Shown: positions 23,301 through 32,240, counted from the stretch's first letter. The stretch: DNA of 64,000 bases from Bacteroidota bacterium (GCA_027487835.1 JAIYCU010000013.1:22856-86855); one strand, 5' to 3'. Translations and numbers: made by a program. The notes: generated by a model not told the origin, from the sequence alone.

Positions 23301-24765
23301 TAGCATCTACCGTAAATTGAATGTATGCACTTTGAATTTGTGCACCATTAGGAATTTGTAAACCTGTAAATCTTAATCCCACTAATTGAGGATCTACCGT
23401 GGTGCTTTCCCAACCAAATTCTAAGTCAGAGCTATTATAATCTATATCTCCTAATCCTTTAGTTTGCGTAGGTGGACCCGCAATCCATTCTTCTAAGTCA
23501 TCAAACATGGCGTCTATGCGCTTGCTCACTGCTGTTACTGGAATATATTCAATTACCAATTGTGCAGCTTTAGGTGCATCTCCATCAAAAGATTCTACTT
23601 CTCTTGTTCCCGTTCCATTTAAAAAGAAGGCCATGGCATTTCCACTGTTCCAACCATTGCGGTTAACTATTTGTTGAACCAAATTAGCCAAGTTTGGCGT
23701 GCGTTGATCAACACCAGCAGAACCAACGGTTGTCCAACCAGTACCTCCTACTGCCCAATACACAGAATCTGTTGATTTTGCTCTATTGGTTAAATGAAAC
23801 GCATTACTATCAAAAGTACTTGGATTATCAGAAGGTTGGTAACGAATTACCACATTACAAGGATCTGAATTTTTTGAAGTTGCATCCACAGTAAATTGGA
23901 TATATGCATTTTTAATCACAGAACCTTTAGGGATGTTAATGCTTTGAAACCTTAAGCCTACCAATTGAGGATCTGTTGTGGTGCTTTCCCATCCAAATTC
24001 TAGGTCAGAACTATTCCAGTCAATGCCACCCACTGTTTTAGTTTGGGTTGGCGGACCTGCAATCCATTCTTCAATATCATCAAAGGCTGCACTAACCCTA
24101 GTAGAAAATACCACCGGTTGAATGTATTCTATTACCAATTGAGGCGCTTTTGGTGCATCTCCATCAAATGATTCTACCTCTCTTGTACCTGTTCCACTAA
24201 GGAAAAATGCCATGGCGTTTCCGCTGCTCCAACCATTACGGTTAACCAATTGTTGAACCAAAGAAGCCAAGTTTGGCGTGCGTTGGTCTACTCCCGCAGA
24301 ACCTACTACGTTCCATCCTGTGCCACCCACAGCCCAATAAACTGAATCAGTTGATTTGGTTCTGTTGGTTAAATGAAAGGCATTGCTATCAAAAACGATT
24401 GGATTATCGCTCGGTTCAACACGAATTGAAACATTACATGGATCTGAATTTTTTGAAGTTGCATCTACTGTAAACTGAATGTAAGCTTTGGTAATAATGG
24501 CTCCTTTTGGAATGGTAATATTAGTAAAGCGTAATCCAACCAATTGTGGATCTACGGTAGTACTTTCCCATCCAAATTCTAAGTCAGAGCTATTCCAATC
24601 TATGGCTCCTACTTGTTTAGTTTGTGTAGGTGGACCAGCAACCCACTCTTCCATGTCGTTGAAGGCCGAGTTAATTCTGGTTGAGAAAACTGTTTGTGCA
24701 TTGGTCTCTAAATTTAATCCAACTAAAACAGCAAACATTAATAAAAGTAAAAATCCTTTTTTCAT
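20338..24765 (-). CDS. phoX: T9SS-secreted PhoX-family alkaline phosphatase with three N-terminal repeat modules and a PKD domain
   Basis: INHE, NCSGGITPW...TCEE, GRMSHEN, DNL and EPTG PhoX motifs; PKD-like WNYGNG; VYPNP sorting domain. Probable start MKKGFLL at 24765 (signal peptide). Confidence 0.85.
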   Translation of the reverse strand: MKKGFLLLLMFAVLVGLNLETNAQTVFSTRINSAFNDMEEWVAGPPTQTKQVGAIDWNSSDLEFGWESTTVDPQLVGLRFTNITIPKGAIITKAYIQFTVDATSKNSDPCNVSIRVEPSDNPIVFDSNAFHLTNRTKSTDSVYWAVGGTGWNVVGSAGVDQRTPNLASLVQQLVNRNGWSSGNAMAFFLSGTGTREVESFDGDAPKAPQLVIEYIQPVVFSTRVSAAFDDIEEWIAGPPTQTKTVGGIDWNSSDLEFGWESTTTDPQLVGLRFQSINIPKGSVIKNAYIQFTVDATSKNSDPCNVVIRYQPSDNPSTFDSNAFHLTNRAKSTDSVYWAVGGTGWTTVGSAGVDQRTPNLANLVQQIVNRNGWNSGNAMAFFLNGTGTREVESFDGDAPKAAQLVIEYIPVTAVSKRIDAMFDDLEEWIAGPPTQTKGLGDIDYNSSDLEFGWESTTVDPQLVGLRFTGLQIPNGAQIQSAYIQFTVDATSKNSDPCNVVIRTEPSDNASPFDTAKFFLSNRSKSMDSVYWAVGGTGWNVVGTAGVDQRTADLTKLVQNTVNRGGWAPGNAMAFYIKGTGTREVESFDGDAPKAPMLVINYLGGTTSGGGGGGGNFTPLAVTNFPVANKQAWYFWDKKMKPSNLWKDTLNVDSTWKSGAAPLGYGDAFVATKTDTNLTTAWFRKVININNVSSLADTLELNLTCDDGALVFVNGIEVLRRNLPATNVDSNTLATANVEGMKEMVKYSFDIPKTAFRNGKNVIAIELHNGSNANDMSFDIEIVNRTMRANAPALGCNGPNDSYISCFGSILPIEKVDSVGFPSVHAFQKIFEQGQPYTIGSGVALGSNDFTGYIPNRGSSLSGWLAINHETGPGSVSLLDLRFDCKLGIWVVDSSRAIDFTDVVLTAANCSGGITPWETSVTCEETYTVSDANSDGYNDLGWMVEIDPRTKKIKQQANGKAQKLWAMGRMSHENVCFKNDSLTSYYGEDAGSGNVYKFVANNKMDLSSGTIYVLKLDSTLQNFEPRSTVGVWVQVPNTTQTERNTTRGIAASLGATPFSGVEDVEINPVDNKIYFTAKGNNRTYRFKDNGSTVSEFETYVGGKSYRITTAEGIVSEDWGGGNDNLTFDSRGNLYVLQDGSRDHIWLVKAGHTQANPKLEIFMTTPKESEPTGMTLTPDEKFMFLSIQGPSPSNTTVQKDAAGNNVVFNKATTIVIALDPTFAKGPTAAYTVNDSTQCINNNSFNFNNTSVNASAYNWNYGNGSSASTQNGQATYATAGNYKVSLVASSNINGCVDSVSKNMSVYAKPAAITVTGPATAQNNSTQSYSVTSTAGSTYQWWINNGTQTSGSTTNAIGVQWAATGVAGSVKVQQTDANACVGDTATLLVTLSAVGINEISAIEGLKVYPNPFAAQLVFESDLEISIVIYDINGKELTQLVKPAGNKSSFDLSNLSEGTYFVKITDTKNQTVVERLMKINR
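22975..24690 (-). repeat. three ~585-bp intragenic tandem domain repeats in phoX
   Basis: EEWxAGPPTQTK...SSDLEFGWESTT...TREVESFDGDAPKA occurs three times; similarity is visible at DNA level. Ends approximate. Confidence 0.9.
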
Positions 24766-24903
24766 AATTTTTGGTTTGATACAAAGAAACCTATGAATAT
24801 TTCCCTCAAGGTAAATCAAACAATAAATTAACATTACCAAATCTTCTCTTAATTATAACCTAAAAATTAACTACATATTAATTGAACGGCTAGCATTTTT
24901 AAA

Positions 24904-24911
24904 TACCTTTG
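24904..24911 (+). promoter_or_regulatory. Bacteroidota -7 promoter element upstream of mnmE
   Basis: TACCTTTG matches TAnnTTTG, 7 bp before the TTG start. Confidence 0.5.
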
Positions 24912-24918
24912 AAGCACT

Positions 24919-26301
24919 TTGAACCCAAATTCTTACCAACCCAACGATACCATTTGTGCTTTGGCAACCCCTGCCGGACTTGGCGCCATTGGCGTAATCC
25001 GCTTAAGTGGAACCAAGGCCATTGCCATTGCAAACCAATGTTTTATAGGCAAGGACCTAACTCAAGTAGCCTCGCATACGGCTCATTTTGGACGCTTGGT
25101 TCAAACCGAAACCATTATTGACGAGGTATTAGCTACCGTTTTTGTTGAACCCAAAAGCTATACAGGCGAAAATACCGTTGAAATTAGCTGCCATGGCTCT
25201 CCGTATATTCAACAGAAAATTCTTGAAACACTGGTTGAAAGGGGCGCACGCTTGGCCCAACCCGGAGAGTTTACCTTAAGGGCTTTCTTAAATGGGAAAT
25301 TAGACCTTACCCAGGCAGAAGCGGTGGCAGATTTAATTGCTTCCGACTCAGAGATGAGTCATAAAACGGCCATGAACCAAATGCGGGGCGGCTTCTCTAA
25401 AGAAATTGCATTGCTCCGCGAAAAGCTCATCAACTTTGCGTCGCTCATTGAATTGGAACTCGACTTTAGCGAAGAAGATGTGGAGTTTGCCAGCCGACCA
25501 GAACTACATACCTTGGTGAGTAACTTGCATGTTATGCTGCGCAACTTGGCAGATAGTTTTAAAACCGGAAATGCCATTAAAAATGGCGTACCTACCGTGA
25601 TTGCTGGCAAACCCAATGCTGGAAAATCTACCTTGCTCAATGCCCTCATCAAAGAAGACAGGGCCATTGTAAGCGATATTGCTGGCACCACCAGAGATAC
25701 CATTGAAGAAGTATTTAGCATTGGCGGAATCAACTTTAGGCTCATAGATACAGCGGGTATCAGAACCCATACTGCTGATTTAATTGAAAGCATTGGCATT
25801 GAAAAAACCTACGAGAAAATTAGGCTGGCAAGTATTGTGGTGTATTTATTTGATGCCATTACCACCAGCCCAGAAAGTTTAGCAAACGAGTTGGCAGAAT
25901 TTAAAACCTTGGATGCCATTGTTATTCCTGTTGCCAACAAAATTGATTTGGCCGAGACAAATGCGCTACAACAAAAGTTTGCAGCCTTTGAGAACCTTAT
26001 TCTGTTAAGTTCTAAAACGCAAGATGGTTTGAACCAATTGTATGAACGCTTGCGAGCAGTGGTAGAAACAGAGGCGGGCAGAGATGATGTCATCATCACC
26101 AATATCAGGCATTTTAAAGCCTTGAGCGATGCCGCGCAATCCTTGGCGCAAGTATTAGAAAGCATGCAGATCAACCGCACAGGCGAGCTCTTGGCCTTCG
26201 ACATTCGCAAGGCCATCTTTCACCTAGGAGAAGTAACTGGGGAAATCACCAATGATGATTTATTAGCGAATATCTTTAGTAAGTTTTGTATTGGGAAATA
26301 G
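24919..26301 (+). CDS. mnmE: tRNA modification GTPase MnmE (TrmE)
   Basis: DTICALAT, SYTGE, GKPNAGKS, DTAG, NKID and C-terminal FCIGK. Confidence 0.98.
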   Translation: MNPNSYQPNDTICALATPAGLGAIGVIRLSGTKAIAIANQCFIGKDLTQVASHTAHFGRLVQTETIIDEVLATVFVEPKSYTGENTVEISCHGSPYIQQKILETLVERGARLAQPGEFTLRAFLNGKLDLTQAEAVADLIASDSEMSHKTAMNQMRGGFSKEIALLREKLINFASLIELELDFSEEDVEFASRPELHTLVSNLHVMLRNLADSFKTGNAIKNGVPTVIAGKPNAGKSTLLNALIKEDRAIVSDIAGTTRDTIEEVFSIGGINFRLIDTAGIRTHTADLIESIGIEKTYEKIRLASIVVYLFDAITTSPESLANELAEFKTLDAIVIPVANKIDLAETNALQQKFAAFENLILLSSKTQDGLNQLYERLRAVVETEAGRDDVIITNIRHFKALSDAAQSLAQVLESMQINRTGELLAFDIRKAIFHLGEVTGEITNDDLLANIFSKFCIGK

Positions 26302-26392
26302 CCATGGACGATTGTCCATGGTTGATGGACGATGGTCCATGGTTGATGGACGATGGTCCATGGTCGATGGTCCATGGTCCATGGTCCATAGT
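26302..26392 (+). repeat. heptamer tandem array (ATGGTCC/ATGGTCG/ATGGACG), ~13 units
   Basis: Starts immediately after the mnmE stop codon; directly visible. Confidence 0.9.
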
Positions 26393-26397
26393 AACAG

Positions 26398-26425
26398 CCG
26401 GTCGCCGAGCCTTAGCCGAGGCGCC
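26398..26425. repeat. short GC-rich REP-like element
   Basis: CCGGTCGCCGAGCCTTAGCCGAGGCGCC resembles Bacteroidota REP-type repeats as I recall them; single copy in this window. Confidence 0.35.
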
Positions 26426-26448
26426 ATGCAGTATTTAGAATCTAACCA

Positions 26449-26522
26449 TACACCCTATTATAGGTATTTAATGTAAGCCGTGGATTGGGCATGTTTGAAT
26501 AAAAACAAATCAAACAAACCGG
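26449..26522 (+). repeat. palindrome module, copy 1 (variant ending AAACAAATCAAACAAACCGG)
   Basis: TACACCCTATTATAGGTATTTAATGTAAGCCGTGGATTGGGCATGTTTG; similar to copies 2-4. Confidence 0.8.
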
Positions 26523-26720
26523 GACGGTAGGGTGCGGCTGGGATCCAACGGAAGAGCGAACTTGAAAGATTCCGGCATGAGCGGCGTTGGGCTGTGCGAC
26601 AAGGAATCTTTTAAGTTGGTTCCGTTGGGGGCCTTTTTTGGTTACTTTTTTGGCCAAACAAAAAAGTAACAAGAGCAAAAGAGCTAAGCCAATGTATGAA
26701 GCAAAATTTCGATAGTAAAA
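26523..26720. other. ~200-bp GC-rich structured insertion (MITE-like or ncRNA)
   Basis: Stems CCAACGGAA/TTCCGTTGG and AACTTGAAAGATTCC/GGAATCTTTTAAGTT, plus hairpin GTTACTTTTTTG-gccaaa-CAAAAAAGTAAC. Absent between the paralogous copies 3 and 4. Confidence 0.55.
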
Positions 26721-26736
26721 TGATTGTGCAACAATT

Positions 26737-26825
26737 ACACCCACTTATAGGTATTTAATGTAAGCGGTGGATTGGCTATGTTTGTTTTAATAAGCGATAT
26801 AGTTTAGGGTATTGAATGGTTATGC
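26737..26825 (+). repeat. palindrome/promoter/attI-like module, copy 2
   Basis: ACACCCACTTATAGGTAT, TATGTTTG at 26777, ends GGGTATTGAATG|GTTATGC with GTT at 26819. Confidence 0.85.
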
Positions 26826-26919
26826 GAAACCCTTAGTCGACATAGGAACTTCAAACATTGTATCTTTGAACGATCAGTTAAAAAAAAATAAATTAATCTA
26901 ATTTTAAAATTCAAACAAA

Positions 26920-27792
26920 ATGAATAAACAACTACTAAAAATAATGTATGCTTTCATCGTTACAGCAATGATGTATACTTCAAGTGCAATTGCACAAATT
27001 GTTTACACGGATGTGAATCCTGATTCAACTTTGTACTGTAGCAATTGTACTTTAAACTATAATCTAGATTTAAATAATGACACAAATAACGATTTCATTT
27101 TAACAACATTTCACTATGCACCTCCCCAAAAAGGTATAAGTAAACAAAGCCAAGTAACTGCCAGTCCATTAAATGGCAATGCTATAAAAGATACTTTGGT
27201 TAATTCCATTAATGTTTCAATTCCTTTACAATTTAATACTGTAATTGACAACAACTTGTTATTAAACCAATCCTGGCAAACATCGGGACCACAAATTTTG
27301 AAAAATGGTGTATTCGACGGGGGCTCTGATGATGTAGTTTGGGGACTATGGGACAGTTTAACAGATTATTATTTAGGATTAAGAATATTGCAATCAGGGC
27401 AAGCATACTATGGTTGGGTGAGATTGAGGGTTGATATATCAATTTATTATGCCTCTGTTATTATAAAGGATTATGCTTTCAACTCCATTCCCAACCAACC
27501 CATTCTTGCAGGGCAAACAGTTGCAACAGGAATAATCGAAAATTCATTTGCTTCATCAATGAATCTTTTCCCTAATCCAGCCTCAAATCATCTCACCATC
27601 GATTTAGGTAGCAACAACAAAAAGTTTCAAGTAACTATTGCAGATATTACTGGAAAAGTCATGTACACTACCATGGCAACAGAAACACAAAAAGTAGAAG
27701 TGAACACAAACGATTTTGCAGAGGGAATTTATGTTGTGCAAATTCAATCAGAAGAATTTATTGAGAAGAAGAAATTTATCATAAAAAAATAA
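26920..27792 (+). CDS. T9SS type A sorting domain protein (cassette 1)
   Basis: Signal peptide, QIVYTDVNPD, YGWVRL, LFPNPA...GIYVVQI sorting domain; has its own TATCTTTG motif at 26861. Confidence 0.85.
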   Translation: MNKQLLKIMYAFIVTAMMYTSSAIAQIVYTDVNPDSTLYCSNCTLNYNLDLNNDTNNDFILTTFHYAPPQKGISKQSQVTASPLNGNAIKDTLVNSINVSIPLQFNTVIDNNLLLNQSWQTSGPQILKNGVFDGGSDDVVWGLWDSLTDYYLGLRILQSGQAYYGWVRLRVDISIYYASVIIKDYAFNSIPNQPILAGQTVATGIIENSFASSMNLFPNPASNHLTIDLGSNNKKFQVTIADITGKVMYTTMATETQKVEVNTNDFAEGIYVVQIQSEEFIEKKKFIIKK

Positions 27793-27834
27793 AGTATTAG
27801 CGCAATTTAAACACGCGAATCTTTGCTTTCGGTC

Positions 27835-27929
27835 GGGTATTCGCATAAAAGCACCTACCCAAAAGGCAGGGTTTCGAGTTCCAAAGACAGTTTTGTGGTA
27901 ACAGAAGAATCAGTTCACCCAAGTTAATT
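27835..27929 (+). other. truncated attC-like site closing cassette 1
   Basis: GGGTATTCGCATAA(A) complements the cassette start GTTATGCGAAACCC; followed by AGCACCTACCCAAAAG; the right arm appears deleted. Confidence 0.6.
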
Positions 27930-28076
27930 TACACCTATCCCCTATTTTAAATTTACCCACTTACAGGTATTTAATGAAAGTAGTAGATTTAGCATGTTTA
28001 AATGAAAACAAATCAAACAAACCGGATTTTGCACCAATGACACCCACTTATAGGTATTTGATGAAAGCCATGGATT
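27923..28076 (+). repeat. palindrome modules, copies 3 and 4 (tandem)
   Basis: GTTAATTTACACC...TACCCACTTACAGGTAT...AAACAAATCAAACAAACCGG, then CACCCACTTATAGGTATTTGATGAAAGCCATGGATT. Confidence 0.8.
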
Positions 28077-28137
28077 AAAAATTGGAAACCTAACTAATTT
28101 TTATTTCTTTCGAACTAACCATAAAACCAAAATAGTT

Positions 28138-28650
28138 ATGAAAGATCAAATCACCTTAGACCGCATTAAATTAATGCACCCCTTACTTAGGGCAGAAGTT
28201 ACAGAAATGTACCACGAAATATCCCTAGCCTTAACTGGCAGAGCCATTTGTAGGTTTGCCTATACCCTAAGAACTTTTAAAGAACAAGATGAGTTATTTG
28301 CCATTGGCCGAACCAAGCCAGGCAAGAAAGTTACCAATGCCAAAGGTGGCCAAAGCTACCATAACTATGGCTTGGCCTTTGACATTGTATTATTGGTGGA
28401 TAGCAAAGGCACGGGCAAGTTTGACAAAGCCAGCTGGGAAACCAATGTCGACTTTGACCGTGATGGCCGTGCAGATTGGCATGAGGTGGTAAGCATTTGC
28501 AAACGCTATGGCTGGGAATGGGGCGGCGACTGGAAATTCACCGACCTCCCCCACTTCCAAAAAACCATGGGTAAATCTGTCATGCAATTGAAGCAGTTGG
28601 TAGCGGCTGGTAAAGTGGCCCTCAAAAACACACCTTATCCTTTATTATAG
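28138..28650 (+). CDS. M15-family peptidoglycan peptidase (CwlK/endolysin-like)
   Basis: LRT..EQ..L...GRT, VTNAKGGQSYHNYGLAFD, WGGDW...DLPHFQ. Confidence 0.9.
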   Translation: MKDQITLDRIKLMHPLLRAEVTEMYHEISLALTGRAICRFAYTLRTFKEQDELFAIGRTKPGKKVTNAKGGQSYHNYGLAFDIVLLVDSKGTGKFDKASWETNVDFDRDGRADWHEVVSICKRYGWEWGGDWKFTDLPHFQKTMGKSVMQLKQLVAAGKVALKNTPYPLL

Positions 28651-28740
28651 TTCAATATATAAATGCCTAGGGTTCGGTTTGAACGCAAGGCATTTTTTTA
28701 AACTAATATTTTTCAACACCTTTATAAAAAAATAAACAAC

Positions 28741-29070
28741 ATGGGAAAATTTGTAATCACTAAAAGAGCCAATGGCGAGTACCAGTTTAACTTGAAAGCC
28801 GGCAATGGACAAACTATTTTAAGCAGCGAAGGCTATACCACTAAAGCTGGCTGCGAAAACGGCATTGAATCGGTAAGGGTAAACGCACAAGCAGATGAGC
28901 GCTTTGAGCGCAAAACCTCCACCAACGATAAGCCTTACTTTAACCTAAAAGCCAGCAATGGGCAGGTAATAGGCAAAAGCGAACTCTACGAAAGCGAAGC
29001 CGCCCGCGACAATGGCATCGAATCAGTACAGAAGAATGCAGTGGATGCTAGCATAGAAGAAATTAGCTAA
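28741..29070 (+). CDS. YegP/DUF1508 family protein
   Basis: Two tandem FNLKAxNGQxI..SExY...NGIESV repeats. Confidence 0.9.
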   Translation: MGKFVITKRANGEYQFNLKAGNGQTILSSEGYTTKAGCENGIESVRVNAQADERFERKTSTNDKPYFNLKASNGQVIGKSELYESEAARDNGIESVQKNAVDASIEEIS

Positions 29071-29127
29071 AACAAAGCTTTAAAAAGCGCCTTAAAAGGC
29101 TATTTCCTCAGGCACAAAAGCCAAACC

Positions 29128-29254
29128 TTAATTATTTAACAACCCAATTCTCTTTTTCCAAAAAATACCCATTTATGGGTATAGGATGGGAAATGGGATT
29201 GGGTATTTTTGATTTAATAACCGATAGAAAGTTTCGGGTTTTAAATAGTTATAA
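29128..29254 (+). repeat. palindrome/promoter/attI-like module, copy 5
   Basis: ATACCCATTTATGGGTAT (29165-29182), TATTTTTG at 29204, CCGATAGAAAGTTTCGGG, GTT at 29248. Confidence 0.85.
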
Positions 29255-29275
29255 GCAACCTCAAAAACATTAAAA

Positions 29276-30031
29276 ATGGAATACAATTTAAAGGAACATG
29301 GTGACCATTTAGAAAGAAATTATAATGACTTTATTAGAAAATATTTCAATAATTATGAAGACGTTTGGAAAATATTCATAGGAAATAAAGGAAATGACAC
29401 AAAAGCGGAAATAGTTGGGATTTCAATAGATTTAGACAACAAACGACAAAATTTTTCTGAGCATACTTATACAATATTGCAATCACTGATTCTTATACAC
29501 AGATTAATTGAAAAAGGAGAATTTACTAAGACCATTAGCAATACAACGGAGGACATTTTAGACTTACAAAATAATTTGCTTTTGTTTTTTACACATTTGG
29601 GACGAATTAACGATAACGTAGAATCCGCCACCCATTTTATAGACCTGAAATCCTCTGAAACAACAGAATTACTAAAAGAGTATTATCATCAACGACATAT
29701 TTTAGTGCATGGGAAAATGGTTCCAATTATATTTAAGCAAAATGGAGAAATTCTTTTACCTGAATTGAGCAAAAATGGAACAGACATTACAGGCTGGTAT
29801 CATAAGGAGCATTCTTGGAAGGACATAAATGAGCTGCCGAAATCAGTACTTGAACAAACAGCTATAAAACTATATTATGAACTAATACCAAAACTCAATG
29901 AAATATTTGGAGTATTCAAAAAGAAAATTGAAAACGATCTAAAATGTAAAGGTTTACAAATTAAATTCAAGCAAGAAAACTATCATGAAATTCACAGACA
30001 TGGCAGCGGTTCTTTTGACAATTCACCTTAG
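29276..30031 (+). CDS. hypothetical protein with HEPN-like Rx4H motif (cassette 2)
   Basis: Helical 251-aa protein containing RHILVH. Confidence 0.5.
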   Translation: MEYNLKEHGDHLERNYNDFIRKYFNNYEDVWKIFIGNKGNDTKAEIVGISIDLDNKRQNFSEHTYTILQSLILIHRLIEKGEFTKTISNTTEDILDLQNNLLLFFTHLGRINDNVESATHFIDLKSSETTELLKEYYHQRHILVHGKMVPIIFKQNGEILLPELSKNGTDITGWYHKEHSWKDINELPKSVLEQTAIKLYYELIPKLNEIFGVFKKKIENDLKCKGLQIKFKQENYHEIHRHGSGSFDNSP

Positions 30032-30094
30032 AAACCAATAAGTGTATATGGACTTGATAAAACTGACATAAAGAAATGGGGAAAATGAGGCAGC

Positions 30095-30226
30095 TTATAA
30101 CAGCACCTAAAAGAAATAGGTGGTTTTGTGTTACGCAGAAACATTTTTGGTGCATGGAAATTAGTGTCTTCGCAACTATATTCGTGCTGAAAGGCACCAA
30201 CTTCTTGTAGCTGCAAATCGTTATGC
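30095..30226 (+). other. intact attC-like site
   Basis: TTATAAC...GTTATGC ends; inner arms GCACCTAAAAGAAATAGGTG / CACCAACTTCTTGTAGCTGC pair at 16 of 20 positions. Confidence 0.75.
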
Positions 30227-30235
30227 CTAATTTAT

Positions 30236-31216
30236 ATGAACCGAAAGAGTTTATTTAATCAACTTGAATTAGCATATGCGCCTTTGACTGCATATGAGTT
30301 TGCTGTTAACAGGGACGACAAAATGATAGAAAGAGCCCTTAAAAATGCAAGTCTATATATAATTGGACAACGACCTGTGATTACCTTTGAAAAAGTAATA
30401 CCTGATTATGATCAATATCAACTACATTTTGAAATACATCAAAAGAACAATGAAAATATTTTATCATGTAAACTTCCCTTAATCCAACCAATCGTTGGAT
30501 CCAATGTTGATGATACTATTTATGTTGCATTCAATTATCTTAACAAAACGCTTCGTCAGAATACTCCACCATTTAATAATATTCATGGATTTTCACTTTC
30601 AAATCACACGGAGATAGGGAATGATTTTTTGATTTGGTTTTCACCTGAAAAGCTTTTGCAAAATTGGTGGAAAGGACATATTAACTGTGAAATCAAAGGA
30701 GATTTTAAATCATTTTTAAAATATAAAGTTCACTATGTTGGCAAAGCTACCAAGCAAGGAATTTTAAAACGGTTGACAGGTCATTCCACATTTCAGGATA
30801 TTCTATCATTGGAATCCCCAGTTACTAAGAAGCAATTACCAGCAAATGAAATTGTAATTCTTCCATTTGGCTTTCAAGACAACTTATTTATAGAAGAATT
30901 TGGATTGAAATCGACCAAAAAAGGTATGGTAGCTGCAATGCAAGGTGAAAATTTCCCTGACCAAGAAAAAATATTCCTTGATGCAGAAAAAGCTCTTATA
31001 AAGGCCATTCAGCCGACCTATAATAAAGAAATGTTTAATAGCTACCCTGAAAGCAAAGATGGACTTTATAATGAAAAGTTAAATGTAATTTCATATACTT
31101 TTATGGACCCAATATCATTGAATTATGCAAAAGGAGAAATTAATGGAGGCTTGACTCCAATTGGCGGCGATACAATATTGATTATTGAAAATATAGAATT
31201 TAAGCTTGTAAAATAA
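30236..31216 (+). CDS. hypothetical protein, possible divergent GIY-YIG-like nuclease (cassette 3)
   Basis: HYVGKA...KRLTGH...AEKALI...PTYN pattern. Confidence 0.45.
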   Translation: MNRKSLFNQLELAYAPLTAYEFAVNRDDKMIERALKNASLYIIGQRPVITFEKVIPDYDQYQLHFEIHQKNNENILSCKLPLIQPIVGSNVDDTIYVAFNYLNKTLRQNTPPFNNIHGFSLSNHTEIGNDFLIWFSPEKLLQNWWKGHINCEIKGDFKSFLKYKVHYVGKATKQGILKRLTGHSTFQDILSLESPVTKKQLPANEIVILPFGFQDNLFIEEFGLKSTKKGMVAAMQGENFPDQEKIFLDAEKALIKAIQPTYNKEMFNSYPESKDGLYNEKLNVISYTFMDPISLNYAKGEINGGLTPIGGDTILIIENIEFKLVK

Positions 31217-31227
31217 GGAAAAACTAG

Positions 31228-31355
31228 GCATAACAGCACCCAAAAGAAAATTTCTTCTCGTGGTCCACTGGGAAAAATTTTCTATATTTGATATGCAGGT
31301 TTCACTTACGTTATTCAAATACGGGCTAACTGCGGTTAGATGCTAATCGTTACAA
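31228..31355 (+). other. attC-like site (degenerate or chimeric)
   Basis: GCATAAC-AGCACC...GATGCTAATC-GTTACAA. Confidence 0.6.
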
Positions 31356-31400
31356 ATAATTGTAGTACTACCCTTCATCTATCAACCAAGCAGACAAAAA

Positions 31401-32204
31401 ATGATAACCATTCAAGAACTACTTTTTAATCGCAAGCTTGACAAAGCTGCAAAAATCAAACTCGTAAGACACAAACAAGTTGGTCGAGACTTATACAATC
31501 TTTATCGGACTAACAGACCCGAGTTTTTAGCTTATCAAAACTCACAAACAAAGGATATTTTTAATGGGGTTGACTACATCGTTTCATTTATTGGCGAAGA
31601 AGGTTTGTTATCTAGGTTTATTGGCGTTTACAAACTAACAGACAGAAAAAAATTAGCTGAGGACCATTTTGAATATCAAATGGAAGAAGTGAAGGAATTT
31701 TTTGACGACTTAAAAGAAAGAGTCATTATCAAATGGGAAAATGCAATTTCTTGGCATCAATGGATAAAGAATGAAATGGAAGTGTTAGAAATTCACCCTG
31801 GTCTTCATTACAAACAATTCACAGACTACTCTGACTTCATTCTCAACTTTCACGAACTCAAAGAAATTGTAAGCAAACAATATGGTGACTGGAAAAAAAT
31901 GCTTTCAGTAACCAAAGGCATTTACCTAATCAGCGATACTAAGACCGGTAAACTTTATGTTGGTTCGGCATACGGAGAGGAAGGCATTTGGGGACGTTGG
32001 ACTAATTACGTTTTAACAAACGGACATGGGGACAATAAAACCTTAAAGGAACTTATCACTGACGACCCAAGCCACGGAAATAATTTTCAATTCTCAATTT
32101 TAATGTTGTTACCTCGAACAATTACGGCAGACGAAGCCATTAAAAAAGAACGCCTTTTTAAAAATAAATTAGGCACAAACTCATTCGGACTTAACAACAA
32201 CTAA
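31401..32204 (+). CDS. GIY-YIG nuclease family protein (cassette 4)
   Basis: GIYLISD...LYVGSAYG...GRW..Y, KE..FK..LG.....LN.N. Confidence 0.9.
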   Translation: MITIQELLFNRKLDKAAKIKLVRHKQVGRDLYNLYRTNRPEFLAYQNSQTKDIFNGVDYIVSFIGEEGLLSRFIGVYKLTDRKKLAEDHFEYQMEEVKEFFDDLKERVIIKWENAISWHQWIKNEMEVLEIHPGLHYKQFTDYSDFILNFHELKEIVSKQYGDWKKMLSVTKGIYLISDTKTGKLYVGSAYGEEGIWGRWTNYVLTNGHGDNKTLKELITDDPSHGNNFQFSILMLLPRTITADEAIKKERLFKNKLGTNSFGLNNN

Positions 32205-32240
32205 AATAACAACTAGGCTGAAAGGACGAAGAAAAACTAA

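Noticed and set aside
26442-26744. 100-aa minus-strand ORF
   Set aside because: Spans a repeat module and the hairpin insertion; no protein-like motif.
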